Below, in pieces: positions 1-9,233 of a DNA stretch of 64,000 nt. Every line of letters begins with the position of its first letter. Position 1 is the first letter of the stretch. A model generated the notes under the pieces. The model had not been told where the DNA came from, searched no databases, and was given only the letters and a program-made list of their open reading frames with translations. Source of the stretch: Aquificaceae bacterium (GTDB lineage: Bacteria > Aquificota > Aquificia > Aquificales > Aquificaceae); contig JAXSNR010000002.1 of NCBI GenBank assembly GCA_037925075.1, forward strand, positions 160,001 through 224,000, given 5' to 3'. The position numbers were made by a program, and so were the translations under genes.

Positions 1-198
1 ACCCGTATATACACCCTGCCCCATCTCCGACTTGTTAACAAAGACGGTGAGGTAGTTGTCCCTTGAGAGGTTTATCCAGAGGTTCGGTGCATACCTTTTT
101 GGTACCTCCTGAGCCTTTAGTATGCGGTAGCCCATAGGTGTTAGCATGACCGAAATGGTAAGACCACCGAGCTTTAAAAGTTCCCTCCTTGTAATCAT
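1..198 (-). CDS. Xanthine dehydrogenase family molybdopterin-binding subunit (IorB-like), N-terminal part, runs off window
   Basis: Manual translation from ATG 198: MITRRELLKLGG...VFVNKSEMGQGVYTG; twin-arginine motif TRRELLK and EMGQG motif; ATGA overlap with the 2Fe-2S gene. Confidence 0.85.
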   Translation of the reverse strand, partial: MITRRELLKLGGLTISVMLTPMGYRILKAQEVPKRYAPNLWINLSRDNYLTVFVNKSEMGQGVYTG

Positions 199-656
199 GT
201 CCCCCCTCCCTTGGATGCCCTTTCCACCGCCTTGATTATCCTACTGTAGGTGCCACATCTGCATATATGGGAGGAAAGCCTTTGAACAATCTGTTCTCTT
301 GTGGGTCTTGGGTTTTCAAGAAGTAGAGAGTAGGCTTCCATAATCTGTCCCGGTTGGCAGTAGCCACACTGAGGGACCTGAAGCTCAATCCATGCCCTTT
401 TGAGAGGGTGGTTTGAAGGGATGCCTTCTATGGTGGTTATGTCCTTGCCTACCGCATCCTTAACAGGCAAAAGACAAGACCTGACCGCCTCTTTCCCCAA
501 AAGGACAGTGCAAGCACCACACACACCTATACCACATCCAAACTTTGTACCTGTAAGCCTGAGCCTTTCTCTGATGACCCACAAAAGCGGTTCATCCTCA
601 TAAGCCTTTACCTTGTACAGCTTACCGTTTATCTTCAGTTCAAAGTCTTTTACCAT
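195..656 (-). CDS. (2Fe-2S)-binding small subunit of aldehyde/isoquinoline oxidoreductase (IorA-like)
   Basis: GTKFGCGIGVCGACTV and QCGYCQPG...CRCGTY motifs. Confidence 0.92.
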   Translation of the reverse strand: MVKDFELKINGKLYKVKAYEDEPLLWVIRERLRLTGTKFGCGIGVCGACTVLLGKEAVRSCLLPVKDAVGKDITTIEGIPSNHPLKRAWIELQVPQCGYCQPGQIMEAYSLLLENPRPTREQIVQRLSSHICRCGTYSRIIKAVERASKGGGT

Positions 657-1207
657 AAGAATTTGCCTTCAAAGTTCCTTATATGCTCTATAAGCTCCCT
701 TTTGCCCTCATATAGCACAGCCACATACTGGGCAAGCCTTTCTCCAAGTCTAAGGCAAGCCTCTTTTTCCTCTTGGCTTCTTGGCTCTCCAGCGACCACC
801 GCACCGTAATGCAGAGTGAATTTCTTTCCCGTGTAGTCGGTAAGACCAAAGACCAAAAAGCCGTAGTTTATAAGCATGTAAAGGACCGAAAGACATGCCA
901 CTTCGTTGCCCCCACCCCATCCACCGGAGGAGGAAAAGGCACATCCAATCTTACCATCAATCTTTCCCCAAAGCTCTCCCATTACATCGTCAAAGAACCT
1001 TTTGAGCTTCCATGAAACTATGCCCATATTGGTGGGTGTGCCCACCGCCATACCATGACACCACAGCACATCCTCCTTTGAAGCCTTATCCACCGACAAA
1101 AGCCTTACCTCTGTGCCGGGCACCCTCCTTGCCCCCTCCGCCACTAACCTTGCCATCTTTTCCGTGTTCCCCGTCCTGCTATCGTACAGCACAAGCACGT
1201 TGCCCAT
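650..1207 (-). CDS. Flavodoxin-fold NAD(P)H:quinone oxidoreductase (WrbA-like)
   Basis: YDSRTGNTEKMA FMN loop, GTPT, AFSSSGGWGGGNE. Confidence 0.85.
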   Translation of the reverse strand: MGNVLVLYDSRTGNTEKMARLVAEGARRVPGTEVRLLSVDKASKEDVLWCHGMAVGTPTNMGIVSWKLKRFFDDVMGELWGKIDGKIGCAFSSSGGWGGGNEVACLSVLYMLINYGFLVFGLTDYTGKKFTLHYGAVVAGEPRSQEEKEACLRLGERLAQYVAVLYEGKRELIEHIRNFEGKFLW

Positions 1208-1210
1208 GGC

Positions 1211-1759
1211 TTAACCTCTCAAAAGTTTTAGAAACTCCTTCATTATCTCAGGCAAGTCTGGCCAAGCCCTACCAGAGACTAAGTTGCGGTCAACTACCAC
1301 ACCATCCACATACTCACCACCAGCCGTTTCAATGTCCGGTTTTAGAACAAAGAAGGCACTAACCTTCCTACCCCTTACTACATCTGCGGCTATCAGTAGT
1401 TGAGGGCCATGGCATAGGGTTGCCACAGGTTTTTCTTTTTCAAAAAAGTACCTTACAACATCTACCGCCTTGCGGTAGGTTCTCACATACTCCGGTGCTC
1501 GTCCGCCGGGTATAAACAAGGCTTCAAAATCTTCTGGGTTTACATCGTTGATATTTAAGTCCGCCTCTAATCTGTAGCCCAACTTTTCTGTATAGGTTTC
1601 CATCACATGAGGCTCAATGTCGTGGATCACTGTTTGAATAACTTTTCTTCCGGGCACCGCCACCTTTACTTGGTAGCCTTCTTCTTTAAGCCTGTAAGGG
1701 GAATAAAGTACCTCAAGAGATTTGTAAGCATTGCCCCTAAGTATGAGAACCCTTTTCAT
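1211..1759 (-). CDS. DJ-1/PfpI family protein
   Basis: IPGGRAPEY, nucleophile elbow LCHGPQLL, VVDRNLVSGR; AGGAGG SD. Confidence 0.9.
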   Translation of the reverse strand: MKRVLILRGNAYKSLEVLYSPYRLKEEGYQVKVAVPGRKVIQTVIHDIEPHVMETYTEKLGYRLEADLNINDVNPEDFEALFIPGGRAPEYVRTYRKAVDVVRYFFEKEKPVATLCHGPQLLIAADVVRGRKVSAFFVLKPDIETAGGEYVDGVVVDRNLVSGRAWPDLPEIMKEFLKLLRG

Positions 1760-1778
1760 GACCCTCCTTCTGCCTGAA

Positions 1779-1807
1779 AATATAAACCTATATCAGGATG
1801 TGGTCAA
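1779..1807 (-). promoter_or_regulatory. Sigma70-type promoter of pfpI-wrbA-iorAB operon
   Basis: Minus strand TTGACC (1807-1802)-N17-TATATT (1784-1779). Confidence 0.65.
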
Positions 1808-1826
1808 GAAGGGTTCTATTTAAGTT

Positions 1827-2090
1827 TTACCAGTCCCAGTGATGATGCCTTTTCCAGTGTTTGGGACCATGCTTTTGTATTATGATCACCCTTTCGTAAG
1901 GAGCGTAGTAGTATATAGGTTTAGGCTTTATTATAACAACTTCCGGATCTCTGTCCACATACACAATCCTTTTCTCAGGACAAGATGGATATCCAAGATT
2001 TACTCCAAAGGAAAAATAAACCCTCTCACCCGCTTTGCCTATTCCAGCCAAACTCAATAGTATTGCGGAAGCGACAAGAAACTTTTTCAT
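1827..2090 (-). CDS. Small secreted hypothetical protein with His/Trp-rich C-terminus
   Basis: Strong SD AGGAGGAGG; signal peptide MKKFLVASAILLSLAGIGKA; tail KHWKRHHHWDW. Confidence 0.8.
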   Translation of the reverse strand: MKKFLVASAILLSLAGIGKAGERVYFSFGVNLGYPSCPEKRIVYVDRDPEVVIIKPKPIYYYAPYERVIIIQKHGPKHWKRHHHWDW

Positions 2091-2111
2091 GGCACCTCCT
2101 CCTTATTGGGA

Positions 2112-2145
2112 AATATAGCCCCTTAAAAATGAAAAAAGGATGAAA
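2112..2145 (-). promoter_or_regulatory. -10 box plus 11-bp-period direct repeat (OmpR/PhoB-like site)
   Basis: Minus strand TTTCAT-N5-TTTCAT (2145-2129), 11 nt upstream of TATATT (2117-2112). Confidence 0.45.
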
Positions 2146-2172
2146 CTTGGTTGAATGCTTTAAATCTTTTTA

Positions 2173-2590
2173 TTGGACGGAAAAGTCCCTGTTGGAAGAA
2201 TTTTCAGTGAAGACATAGGTTGTCAGGCTCTGTTGGTAGATGAAGAGAGGAGGGTTGCCTTTTCCTCGGAGTGAGCGTTGGAGACTGTAAAGTATTATTT
2301 ATGAAGAGTTTACCCGAAGGATGCGTTCCTTGGTAATAGGACTGTAAGTATGCGGTGGGAGGTTTAAGGGGAAAGCTTTGGCATTTCTTTCTTGTGGATG
2401 TGAAGGGTAGGAAGGGTAAAGTCCTGTCTATGAGAGATGAAATATACATCCACAGTCTTGCAAAAGTTGAGGGAGGCTATGCGAAATTTGGACATTGTAG
2501 GATTTTCTGGTTAACTTTTCCCTCGTGCATTATGGATACGGTTCGCTTAGTAGGACCTCCTGCAACCGGGAAGACCGTGGAAAGCTCTAT
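2173..2590 (+). pseudogene. Possible decayed gene (PAS-like fragment and Walker-A-like remnant)
   Basis: About 500-nt gap in a very dense region; fragments ALLVDEERRVAFSSE* and LVGPPATGKT separated by stops and frame changes. Confidence 0.35.
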
Positions 2591-2603
2591 TAAAATAATC
2601 CTT

Positions 2604-3125
2604 ATGGCACTTATCATACCTTACAAGGGCAAGTATCCTTCCATACACCCTTCCGTGTTCCTTGCGGAAAACTCCACGGTTATAGGAGATGTGCAGATAG
2701 GTGAAGACTCTTCCGTTTGGTATGGTACTGTGATAAGGGGCGATGTCAATTACATACGCATAGGAAAGGGAACAAACCTTCAGGATAACTCGGTGGTGCA
2801 TGTGACCCATGACACTTACCCCACCATAGTGGGAGACTATGTAACCGTAGGGCATAGGGTGGTGCTACATGGATGCAAGATAGGTAATCATGTGCTTGTG
2901 GGTATGGGTGCGGTGGTGATGGATGGGGTAGAGATTGAAGATTATGTGCTTGTGGGAGCGGGAGCATTGCTTACGCCGGGCAAGAGGTTTCCCTCCGGTG
3001 TGCTTGTGGCAGGCTTTCCCGCAAAGGTAATAAGAGACCTAAGGGAAGAGGAGATAAGACTAATAGAAGAATCCGCAAAGAACTACATAGCATACAAAAA
3101 CTCCTACCTTACGCAAAAGCCATAA
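2604..3125 (+). CDS. Gamma carbonic anhydrase family (hexapeptide repeat) protein
   Basis: IRGDVNYIRIG, QDNSVVH, GHRVVLHG Zn ligands; start re-called at ATG 2604, 7 nt after TAAAAT. Confidence 0.9.
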   Translation: MALIIPYKGKYPSIHPSVFLAENSTVIGDVQIGEDSSVWYGTVIRGDVNYIRIGKGTNLQDNSVVHVTHDTYPTIVGDYVTVGHRVVLHGCKIGNHVLVGMGAVVMDGVEIEDYVLVGAGALLTPGKRFPSGVLVAGFPAKVIRDLREEEIRLIEESAKNYIAYKNSYLTQKP

Positions 3126-3939
3126 GAACATTACCTGCTACCATAAGAAAAGCGGGAAGAAGCAACCTTTCGGTTTTTTCTCTTAGGAAAAGCTTTCCGT
3201 AAATTAAAACCACAAGCAAGGAAAACCTTTCTGCGGAGGTCACATAAGAGGACAAGGTTAGAAACAGAGCAAGGTTGTAAAGTATATCACCTACCGCAAA
3301 GAAAAGTCCAAGGAGGGGAACTTCCCAGTGTTTATAGTTTTCTTTTTTAAGAACCTGAGAAGGCTTTACAAAAATCAAAGTGCCAAAGCTCATACAAAGG
3401 GTGTAAAACCAGCCAAAGAAAAGGCTGTTGCTTTCTATCACGGAAGCCTTTCCCATAACCACATTAAAACCAAAGAGGGCGGTGGAAAGGAGCATGTAAA
3501 GGGCTCCCCTGTTGGTTTTCATAAACTCCTTTGGTGAAAAACCCACTAGGATCAAAGTTGCCAAAATCACCATAGACATACCCATTATGCCCACGGAGGA
3601 AGGTCTTTCAGAGAGGATAAGCCAACCAAATAGGACGGAAAAGACCGGCATAAGGGAATAGAAGGACATAGCCACGGAAAGGGATGCGTGCTTTAGACCC
3701 TTTATAAAGAAAACGCCACCAAGGACCTCAAGAGGGAGCCAGATAAGGGCATACATGAAAACCTTATGGTTAAAATCCCAGTTAAGCAGGCCAAGAGGTG
3801 TAAGCAACATAAAGGCTACGGGAAACCTAACCCATAGGGTAAAGTTTTCATCAACCCCCTTTAACAAAACCCTTTTGCTTAGATAGTCGTTTGTACCCCA
3901 AAAGAGGGAAGATAGCAAAGCCAGAGAAAGTCCAAGCAT
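3109..3939 (-). CDS. DMT/EamA family transporter
   Basis: About 10 hydrophobic segments; duplicated LSER / FLREK end motifs. Confidence 0.85.
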   Translation of the reverse strand: MLGLSLALLSSLFWGTNDYLSKRVLLKGVDENFTLWVRFPVAFMLLTPLGLLNWDFNHKVFMYALIWLPLEVLGGVFFIKGLKHASLSVAMSFYSLMPVFSVLFGWLILSERPSSVGIMGMSMVILATLILVGFSPKEFMKTNRGALYMLLSTALFGFNVVMGKASVIESNSLFFGWFYTLCMSFGTLIFVKPSQVLKKENYKHWEVPLLGLFFAVGDILYNLALFLTLSSYVTSAERFSLLVVLIYGKLFLREKTERLLLPAFLMVAGNVLMAFA

Positions 3940-3959
3940 TTGAAGTAAAATATTCTACT

Positions 3960-5084
3960 ATGCGTTATGAAAGAGTTTTTACGCCGGGTCCCGTGGAGCT
4001 TCCTGAGAGGATAAGGGAGGTCCTCGGAAGACAGATCATCCATCACAGAACGGAGGAATTTAAAAAAGCTTTTCTTGAGGTAAGGGAGCTTTTTAAGAGG
4101 CTTCTTGACGAGCCATCAGAAAACTTTGTATTTTTTGCCTCCTCTGGCACGGGAGCCATGGAGTCTGCGGTGCTTAACTTCTTCAAAGAAGGCGATAAGG
4201 TTCTTGTGATAAACGGTGGAAAGTTTGGCGAAAGGTGGCTAAAACTTGCCCACCATTGGGGTCTAAAGGCGGTAGAGTACAAGGTAGAATGGGGCAGGTC
4301 CGCAGATCCAGAGGAGGTAAGAAGGCTTCTCAAAGAAAACCCAGAGTGCAAAGGAGTGCTATTCCAGATTTCAGAAACATCTACGGGTGCATACCATCCA
4401 GCCAAGGAGATAGGTAGCCTTTGCAGGGAGTTTGATGTTTTGTGTGTGGCGGACGCCATAACAGCTCTTGGCGTTTATCACATAAAGCCTTCAGAATGGG
4501 GTCTTGATGTGGTGGTGGGTGGGTCTCAAAAGGGCTTTCTTTTGCCACCGGGGCTTTCTGTGCTTTGGTTTTCAGACAGAGCGGAGAAAAACCTTGTGGA
4601 TAGAGCCTTCTACTTTAGCATAAAAAAGGAGCTGTCAAAACAAAAAGAAGGTCAGACCGCATGGACGCCCGCCATAAGCCTGATACTTGCCATGAGAGAA
4701 TCCTTGCTTATGCTACTTGAAGAAGGCATGGAAAGGGTCGAAAAAAGGTACAGGGCGGTTTCCGAGGGAACATTAAGGGCTATTCAAGCCCTTGGGCTCA
4801 AAGGATTTGCTGAAAAGCCTTCCATCTCTGTGAGTGCCATAAGCTTTGAAAGGTCAGAAGACCTAAGAAAGGAGCTTTTGAAGCTTGGTGTAAGGGTGGC
4901 GGGAGGACAGGACGAGCTAAAGGGTAAGATATTTCGTATATCCCATATGGGTGTGGACCCAAAGGACGGTCTTATGCTTATTGGTATGATAGAGGCCCTT
5001 CTCAAAAGGCTTGGCTTTTCTATAAATCTTGGAGAGGGCGTAGGTAGGTACACCCAAACCCTTATGGAATACAAAATATGGTAA
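3960..5084 (+). CDS. Class V PLP aminotransferase (alanine-glyoxylate/phosphoserine type)
   Basis: FTPGPV, SSGTGAMES, GKFGERW, ETSTG, DAIT, GSQKG (PLP Lys); start re-called at ATG 3960. Confidence 0.9.
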   Translation: MRYERVFTPGPVELPERIREVLGRQIIHHRTEEFKKAFLEVRELFKRLLDEPSENFVFFASSGTGAMESAVLNFFKEGDKVLVINGGKFGERWLKLAHHWGLKAVEYKVEWGRSADPEEVRRLLKENPECKGVLFQISETSTGAYHPAKEIGSLCREFDVLCVADAITALGVYHIKPSEWGLDVVVGGSQKGFLLPPGLSVLWFSDRAEKNLVDRAFYFSIKKELSKQKEGQTAWTPAISLILAMRESLLMLLEEGMERVEKRYRAVSEGTLRAIQALGLKGFAEKPSISVSAISFERSEDLRKELLKLGVRVAGGQDELKGKIFRISHMGVDPKDGLMLIGMIEALLKRLGFSINLGEGVGRYTQTLMEYKIW

Positions 5085-5713
5085 AGCTTTACATCATAAG
5101 GCACGCGGAAAGCCAGTGGAACCCCGTAGGTAGGTATCAGGGGCTTCTTGACCCAGAGCTTTCAGAAAGAGGCAGAGAGCAGGCAAGAAGGTTGGGAGAG
5201 CATTTCAAAGATATAGAGCTTCAGGCCATATACTCATCTCCCTTAAAAAGGACTATGCAAACCGCTCAAGAGGTGGCAAGGAGAAAGTTCCTTGAGGTGG
5301 TGGAGGACAAAAGGGTTATAGAGATTGACCACGGGGTGTGGTCTGGTCTTTTGGTGGAAGAAGTACAGCAGAGGTTTCCAGAGCAGTTTAGACAGTGGCT
5401 CGAAGAGCCTCACAAGGTAAGCTTTGAAGCTGGTGAGAGTCTTCAAGAGGTCTACGAAAGGGTCAAGGATTTCCTTGAGGAGATAAAAGAAAGACATTGG
5501 GGGCAGGCTGTGGCGGTGGTCTCTCACACGGTGCCCATAAGAGCCCTCTACTGTGCCCTTTTGAAAGTAGACCTTTCTAAGTTTTGGTCCTTTGGCTGTG
5601 ATAACGCCAGCTATTCCTTGGTTCATATGGAAAGGGATAGGAATGTTATAATGAAGCTAAACATAACCTGCCATTTGGGGGATCTTTATGTGGAAGCCCA
5701 CAAGGCTCTTTAG
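5078..5713 (+). CDS. pspA: Metal-independent phosphoserine phosphatase (histidine phosphatase family)
   Basis: RHAES catalytic motif, His85 in EIDHG, C-terminal YVEAHKAL; 211 aa, closely resembling Hydrogenobacter thermophilus PspA as recalled. Confidence 0.85.
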   Translation: MVKLYIIRHAESQWNPVGRYQGLLDPELSERGREQARRLGEHFKDIELQAIYSSPLKRTMQTAQEVARRKFLEVVEDKRVIEIDHGVWSGLLVEEVQQRFPEQFRQWLEEPHKVSFEAGESLQEVYERVKDFLEEIKERHWGQAVAVVSHTVPIRALYCALLKVDLSKFWSFGCDNASYSLVHMERDRNVIMKLNITCHLGDLYVEAHKAL

Positions 5714-8228
5714 TGTTTTTCTCTTGGTGGCTCTTGCCCTTGCCCAGCAGATAAGCAAGGAGTTTAACATAGATGTGGAGCTTACAAGCAAAATCTATGA
5801 AGAAAAGCCAAGGCTCATGCCTCCAGAAAGGATTCCTATGCCCGTAGTAAAAGAGCTTGACCTATCCTCTGAACTTCTTGAACCTCCAAGGTTTATGGAG
5901 TTTGCTCCAGTCAAACCTGTGGAAAAGGCTGGTGGTGTAAGCTGTGGAGAGCCAAAGGACGCCTTATCTTACAGGCTTGGGGTAGACTACTACCTTAAAG
6001 GTAAATACTCCCAAGCGGAGGAAGAGCTCTCAAAGGTTATCCTGATTGCCAACTCTCCCTTTAAGCCCATGGCGGAGTATGTACTGGGGATTATGGCTTA
6101 CAATAAGGCTCAAAGCGATAAAGCTCTTGAGCTTTTTAAGAGTTCATGCCAGTTTTCCCATATGTACCAAAAGCCCGCCTGCGAGGCTTACTATGGCTTG
6201 CACTTTATTCTAAGGGGATCCATACCTGAAAACAAGGATGGGCTTTGGCAAGCGGTGAAGAGTATAAAGGAGGGGAAGGTGCAAGAACCAGACTGTAAGG
6301 ATGCTGTCTTTTCCCAGTACTGTGTGTACGTGATGGACTTTGTAAAGGGAAAGGAAAACCTCCTTTACAAGGATAGTACCCTGCTTAGGTCTGCCATAGA
6401 GGGGTATTTTTCTGGAAACCTACACGATGCAAAAGGGATATTTTCCACCTACTCCACTCCGGGCAAGCCCTACAGAGACATAGCCCTTTATTACCTTGCC
6501 CTCATAGAATACAAGGAGAGTAAGGAAGATAAAGCCCTCAGGTACGCAAGCATATTGGAGAACCTAAATCCAAGGCTTGCGGGTGCACTCTACACCCTTA
6601 TATCCGAAAGGGATGCATATCTTTCAAGGCTTGCTTATACCCTTACAAAAAATCCTCACTTTTTGGAAAAGGCGGGCATAATTGCTTACAACGGAGGGGA
6701 TTATCCTCTTGCCCTTACCAATTTTCTTGAGGCAGGGAATATAAAATACGCGGTTTATTCTGCGGTCAGGATGGGGGACTACAAGAGGGTTATAAGCCTG
6801 TTAGAAAACAAAAAGGGCAAAGACAGGGAGGATTATATGTGGCTTCTTGAAGCCCTCTATTGGACTAACGGAGATATGAACCCTGTGCTTTCTGAAGTGA
6901 GGGGGCTATATCCTGACCTTGGCAGAGAGTTTACAGGGTGGGAAAGGTTCAGAGGTGGTGATTGGCTTGGAGCTCTGAGCTTTTTTGAAGACCCTTACTA
7001 CAAGGCTATAGCCCTTTACAACCTAAAAAGGTACAAGGGGGTCCTAAGCCTGCTTCAGGGGAGAACAGACCAGAGGTCAAGCCTCCTAAAGGCTCGCTCC
7101 GCCCTCATGATGGGGGATACAAAGCTGGCAAGAAGCTTTCTTACGGAAGGGTCAGACCAAGAGCTTTATCTTTTGGGAATGTCCTACTTTTTGGAGGGGA
7201 ATTACCAAAAGTCCATTTCCTTCTTCCAAAGGGTCTCAGACAAAAGCCCGCTTAAGCCAAAGGCTCTGTTAAGGATGGGTGATGCTTACTACAATGCGGG
7301 AGATGCGCAAAAGGCTAAGGAAAGCTACTATGAAGTTTTGCGCAGGCTTCCAGACAGTGAGGAGGCAAAGCAGGCGACACTTTCTCTCCTTGAGTTTTGG
7401 GGGAAGGGGGTCAGCGATGAGGAGATGGAAAGACTACTTTTGAGTTATATAGAAAGGGAAAAGAACCCACCACCCGAAATAATTTACCAGTATGCAAGCC
7501 TTTTGCAGAAAAAGAGAGACAAAGGAAGGGCAGAAAAGGAGTTTATCAAGCTTTTGGACACACCCCTGAAGTTCAAAGCCATTTTGAGGTTGGCGGAATT
7601 GGAGGAGGAAACCTCCAAAAAACTGGTGCTGTATTACAAGATATACAAGGAGGCGGAGCTCCAAGAGGATAGGATGAGAGCCAGGGAAGAACTTTTGAGG
7701 CTCTACACCTCATCGGGTGATACCAAAAGCCTTGCGGACATGCTTGCGGAAGGCGACAGCCAAGACAAGGTTAAAGCCTTAGGTCTTTATCTTGCGGTTG
7801 GTGATAAGGCTTCAGCCCTGTCCCTGTCTCGTAGCCTCATGAAAGAAAAATACAGAAGCGAAGAGTTTGAAAGATATCTCATAGACCTTTACAAGCATAC
7901 CCGGGAAACACCCTTGCTGGATTATGTGGTTGAAAGTCCCAATAAAAGCCTCAGTGGAGAAGCGCTTTTCCTTTTGGGACTTGATAGCCTCAAAAAGGGT
8001 GATAGGGAAAAGGCTCTGGAAAGTTTTGTGGATATATCCATCAACCACAAGGGAGAGCCTTACTACAATCAGGCAGTTTTAGAGGGTGCTAAAATACTTT
8101 TAGGCTTGGGAGCTAAGAAGGATGCAAGCTGTATGCTAGAGAGGCTTGACTTAAACAGTGCAAGCCCAGAGGATTTGGCTTTGTACAATAAGCTTAGACA
8201 GGGCTTACCAAGGTGTGAGGTGAGGTGA
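5688..8228 (+). CDS. Exported tetratricopeptide-repeat protein
   Basis: Signal peptide; repeated TPR-like helices (YLLGMSYF...ALLRMGDAYY). Confidence 0.8.
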   Translation: MWKPTRLFSVFLLVALALAQQISKEFNIDVELTSKIYEEKPRLMPPERIPMPVVKELDLSSELLEPPRFMEFAPVKPVEKAGGVSCGEPKDALSYRLGVDYYLKGKYSQAEEELSKVILIANSPFKPMAEYVLGIMAYNKAQSDKALELFKSSCQFSHMYQKPACEAYYGLHFILRGSIPENKDGLWQAVKSIKEGKVQEPDCKDAVFSQYCVYVMDFVKGKENLLYKDSTLLRSAIEGYFSGNLHDAKGIFSTYSTPGKPYRDIALYYLALIEYKESKEDKALRYASILENLNPRLAGALYTLISERDAYLSRLAYTLTKNPHFLEKAGIIAYNGGDYPLALTNFLEAGNIKYAVYSAVRMGDYKRVISLLENKKGKDREDYMWLLEALYWTNGDMNPVLSEVRGLYPDLGREFTGWERFRGGDWLGALSFFEDPYYKAIALYNLKRYKGVLSLLQGRTDQRSSLLKARSALMMGDTKLARSFLTEGSDQELYLLGMSYFLEGNYQKSISFFQRVSDKSPLKPKALLRMGDAYYNAGDAQKAKESYYEVLRRLPDSEEAKQATLSLLEFWGKGVSDEEMERLLLSYIEREKNPPPEIIYQYASLLQKKRDKGRAEKEFIKLLDTPLKFKAILRLAELEEETSKKLVLYYKIYKEAELQEDRMRAREELLRLYTSSGDTKSLADMLAEGDSQDKVKALGLYLAVGDKASALSLSRSLMKEKYRSEEFERYLIDLYKHTRETPLLDYVVESPNKSLSGEALFLLGLDSLKKGDREKALESFVDISINHKGEPYYNQAVLEGAKILLGLGAKKDASCMLERLDLNSASPEDLALYNKLRQGLPRCEVR

Positions 8229-8229
8229 T

Positions 8230-8844
8230 ATGGAAGGACTTTTTGAGCTACTTCAAAAGGGTGGGCTTGCCATGTATCCCCTCCTTTTTCTTTCTGTGCT
8301 CTCTTGGGCTGTTATAGTGGAACGTCTCCTTAATCTTCGGGCTTCCCTTTACGCGAGCAGGTCTGTGAAAGACCTTAAGCCTCTTATCGCAAGTGGAGAC
8401 TTAGAGGGTGCCCTAAAACTCCTCTCCACAGACAACTCCTTTACCGCAAACCTCCTTAGGGATATGCTACAGAGATACAAGGAGGGAAAGGTTTCCAAAG
8501 AAGAGATGATAAAAAGCCTTGACCTTGAGCTTTCCCTTCTTGTACCAAAGGTGGAGAAGAATTTGCCCTTGCTATCCACCGTGGCAAGCGTTGCACCCCT
8601 TATAGGCCTTTTTGGAACCATAACAGGTCTTATAAAGGTCTTCTCAGCCTTTGCGACCGCAAACCCTGAACAGGCAATGGTTCTGCTTTCAAAGGGTATA
8701 AGTGAAGCCCTTGTAGCTGCAGCCACAGGTCTTGCGGTTGCCATACCCGCTCTTATCGCCTACTGGCTTTTTAGGATATGGGGCAACAGCATACTCAACA
8801 GGATAGAGTCTGAGGTTTTTGAGGTTTTGAGGATGTTAAGATGA
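8230..8844 (+). CDS. MotA/TolQ/ExbB proton channel protein
   Basis: APLIGLFGTITGLI and GISEALVAAATGLAVAIPA. Confidence 0.92.
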   Translation: MEGLFELLQKGGLAMYPLLFLSVLSWAVIVERLLNLRASLYASRSVKDLKPLIASGDLEGALKLLSTDNSFTANLLRDMLQRYKEGKVSKEEMIKSLDLELSLLVPKVEKNLPLLSTVASVAPLIGLFGTITGLIKVFSAFATANPEQAMVLLSKGISEALVAAATGLAVAIPALIAYWLFRIWGNSILNRIESEVFEVLRMLR

Positions 8845-9233
8845 GAAAAAGAAGGCTAAGCTACGATGAAAGAACTTACATAGATGTGGTCCCCCTTGTG
8901 GATACGCTCCTTGCGGTTTTTCTCTTCCTTGCGGTTCTTGCCTTTCAGTCCCCCATAACCTTCCTTGCGGTGAAACTTCCCTTTGCAAAGGAAGGAGAAA
9001 AGCTCAGCCTTGAGGTTTTTAGGGTTCAGGTCTTGAGGGATGGAAGGTATCAGGTGGGTGGAAAAGAGGTTAGCCTTGAGCAGATAGAGATGGAGTTGCA
9101 ACAGAAAAAGCCAAAAACCCTTATGGTGGAGGCGGATGAGGATGTGGCTCACAAGTTTGTGGTTGCACTCATGGACTTGGGCAAACGCAGTGGGGTTGAG
9201 AATGTGCTTATAGGCGTTAGAACAAGGAGATGA
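8841..9233 (+). CDS. ExbD/TolR family protein
   Basis: IDVVPLVDTLLAV TM segment with conserved Asp; EADEDV; follows ExbB. Confidence 0.9.
   Translation: MRKRRLSYDERTYIDVVPLVDTLLAVFLFLAVLAFQSPITFLAVKLPFAKEGEKLSLEVFRVQVLRDGRYQVGGKEVSLEQIEMELQQKKPKTLMVEADEDVAHKFVVALMDLGKRSGVENVLIGVRTRR

Noticed and set aside
2355..2603. N-terminal extension making an ATPase-gamma-CA fusion
   Set aside because: gamma-CA has its own -10 and ATG at 2604, and the extension has no complete domain
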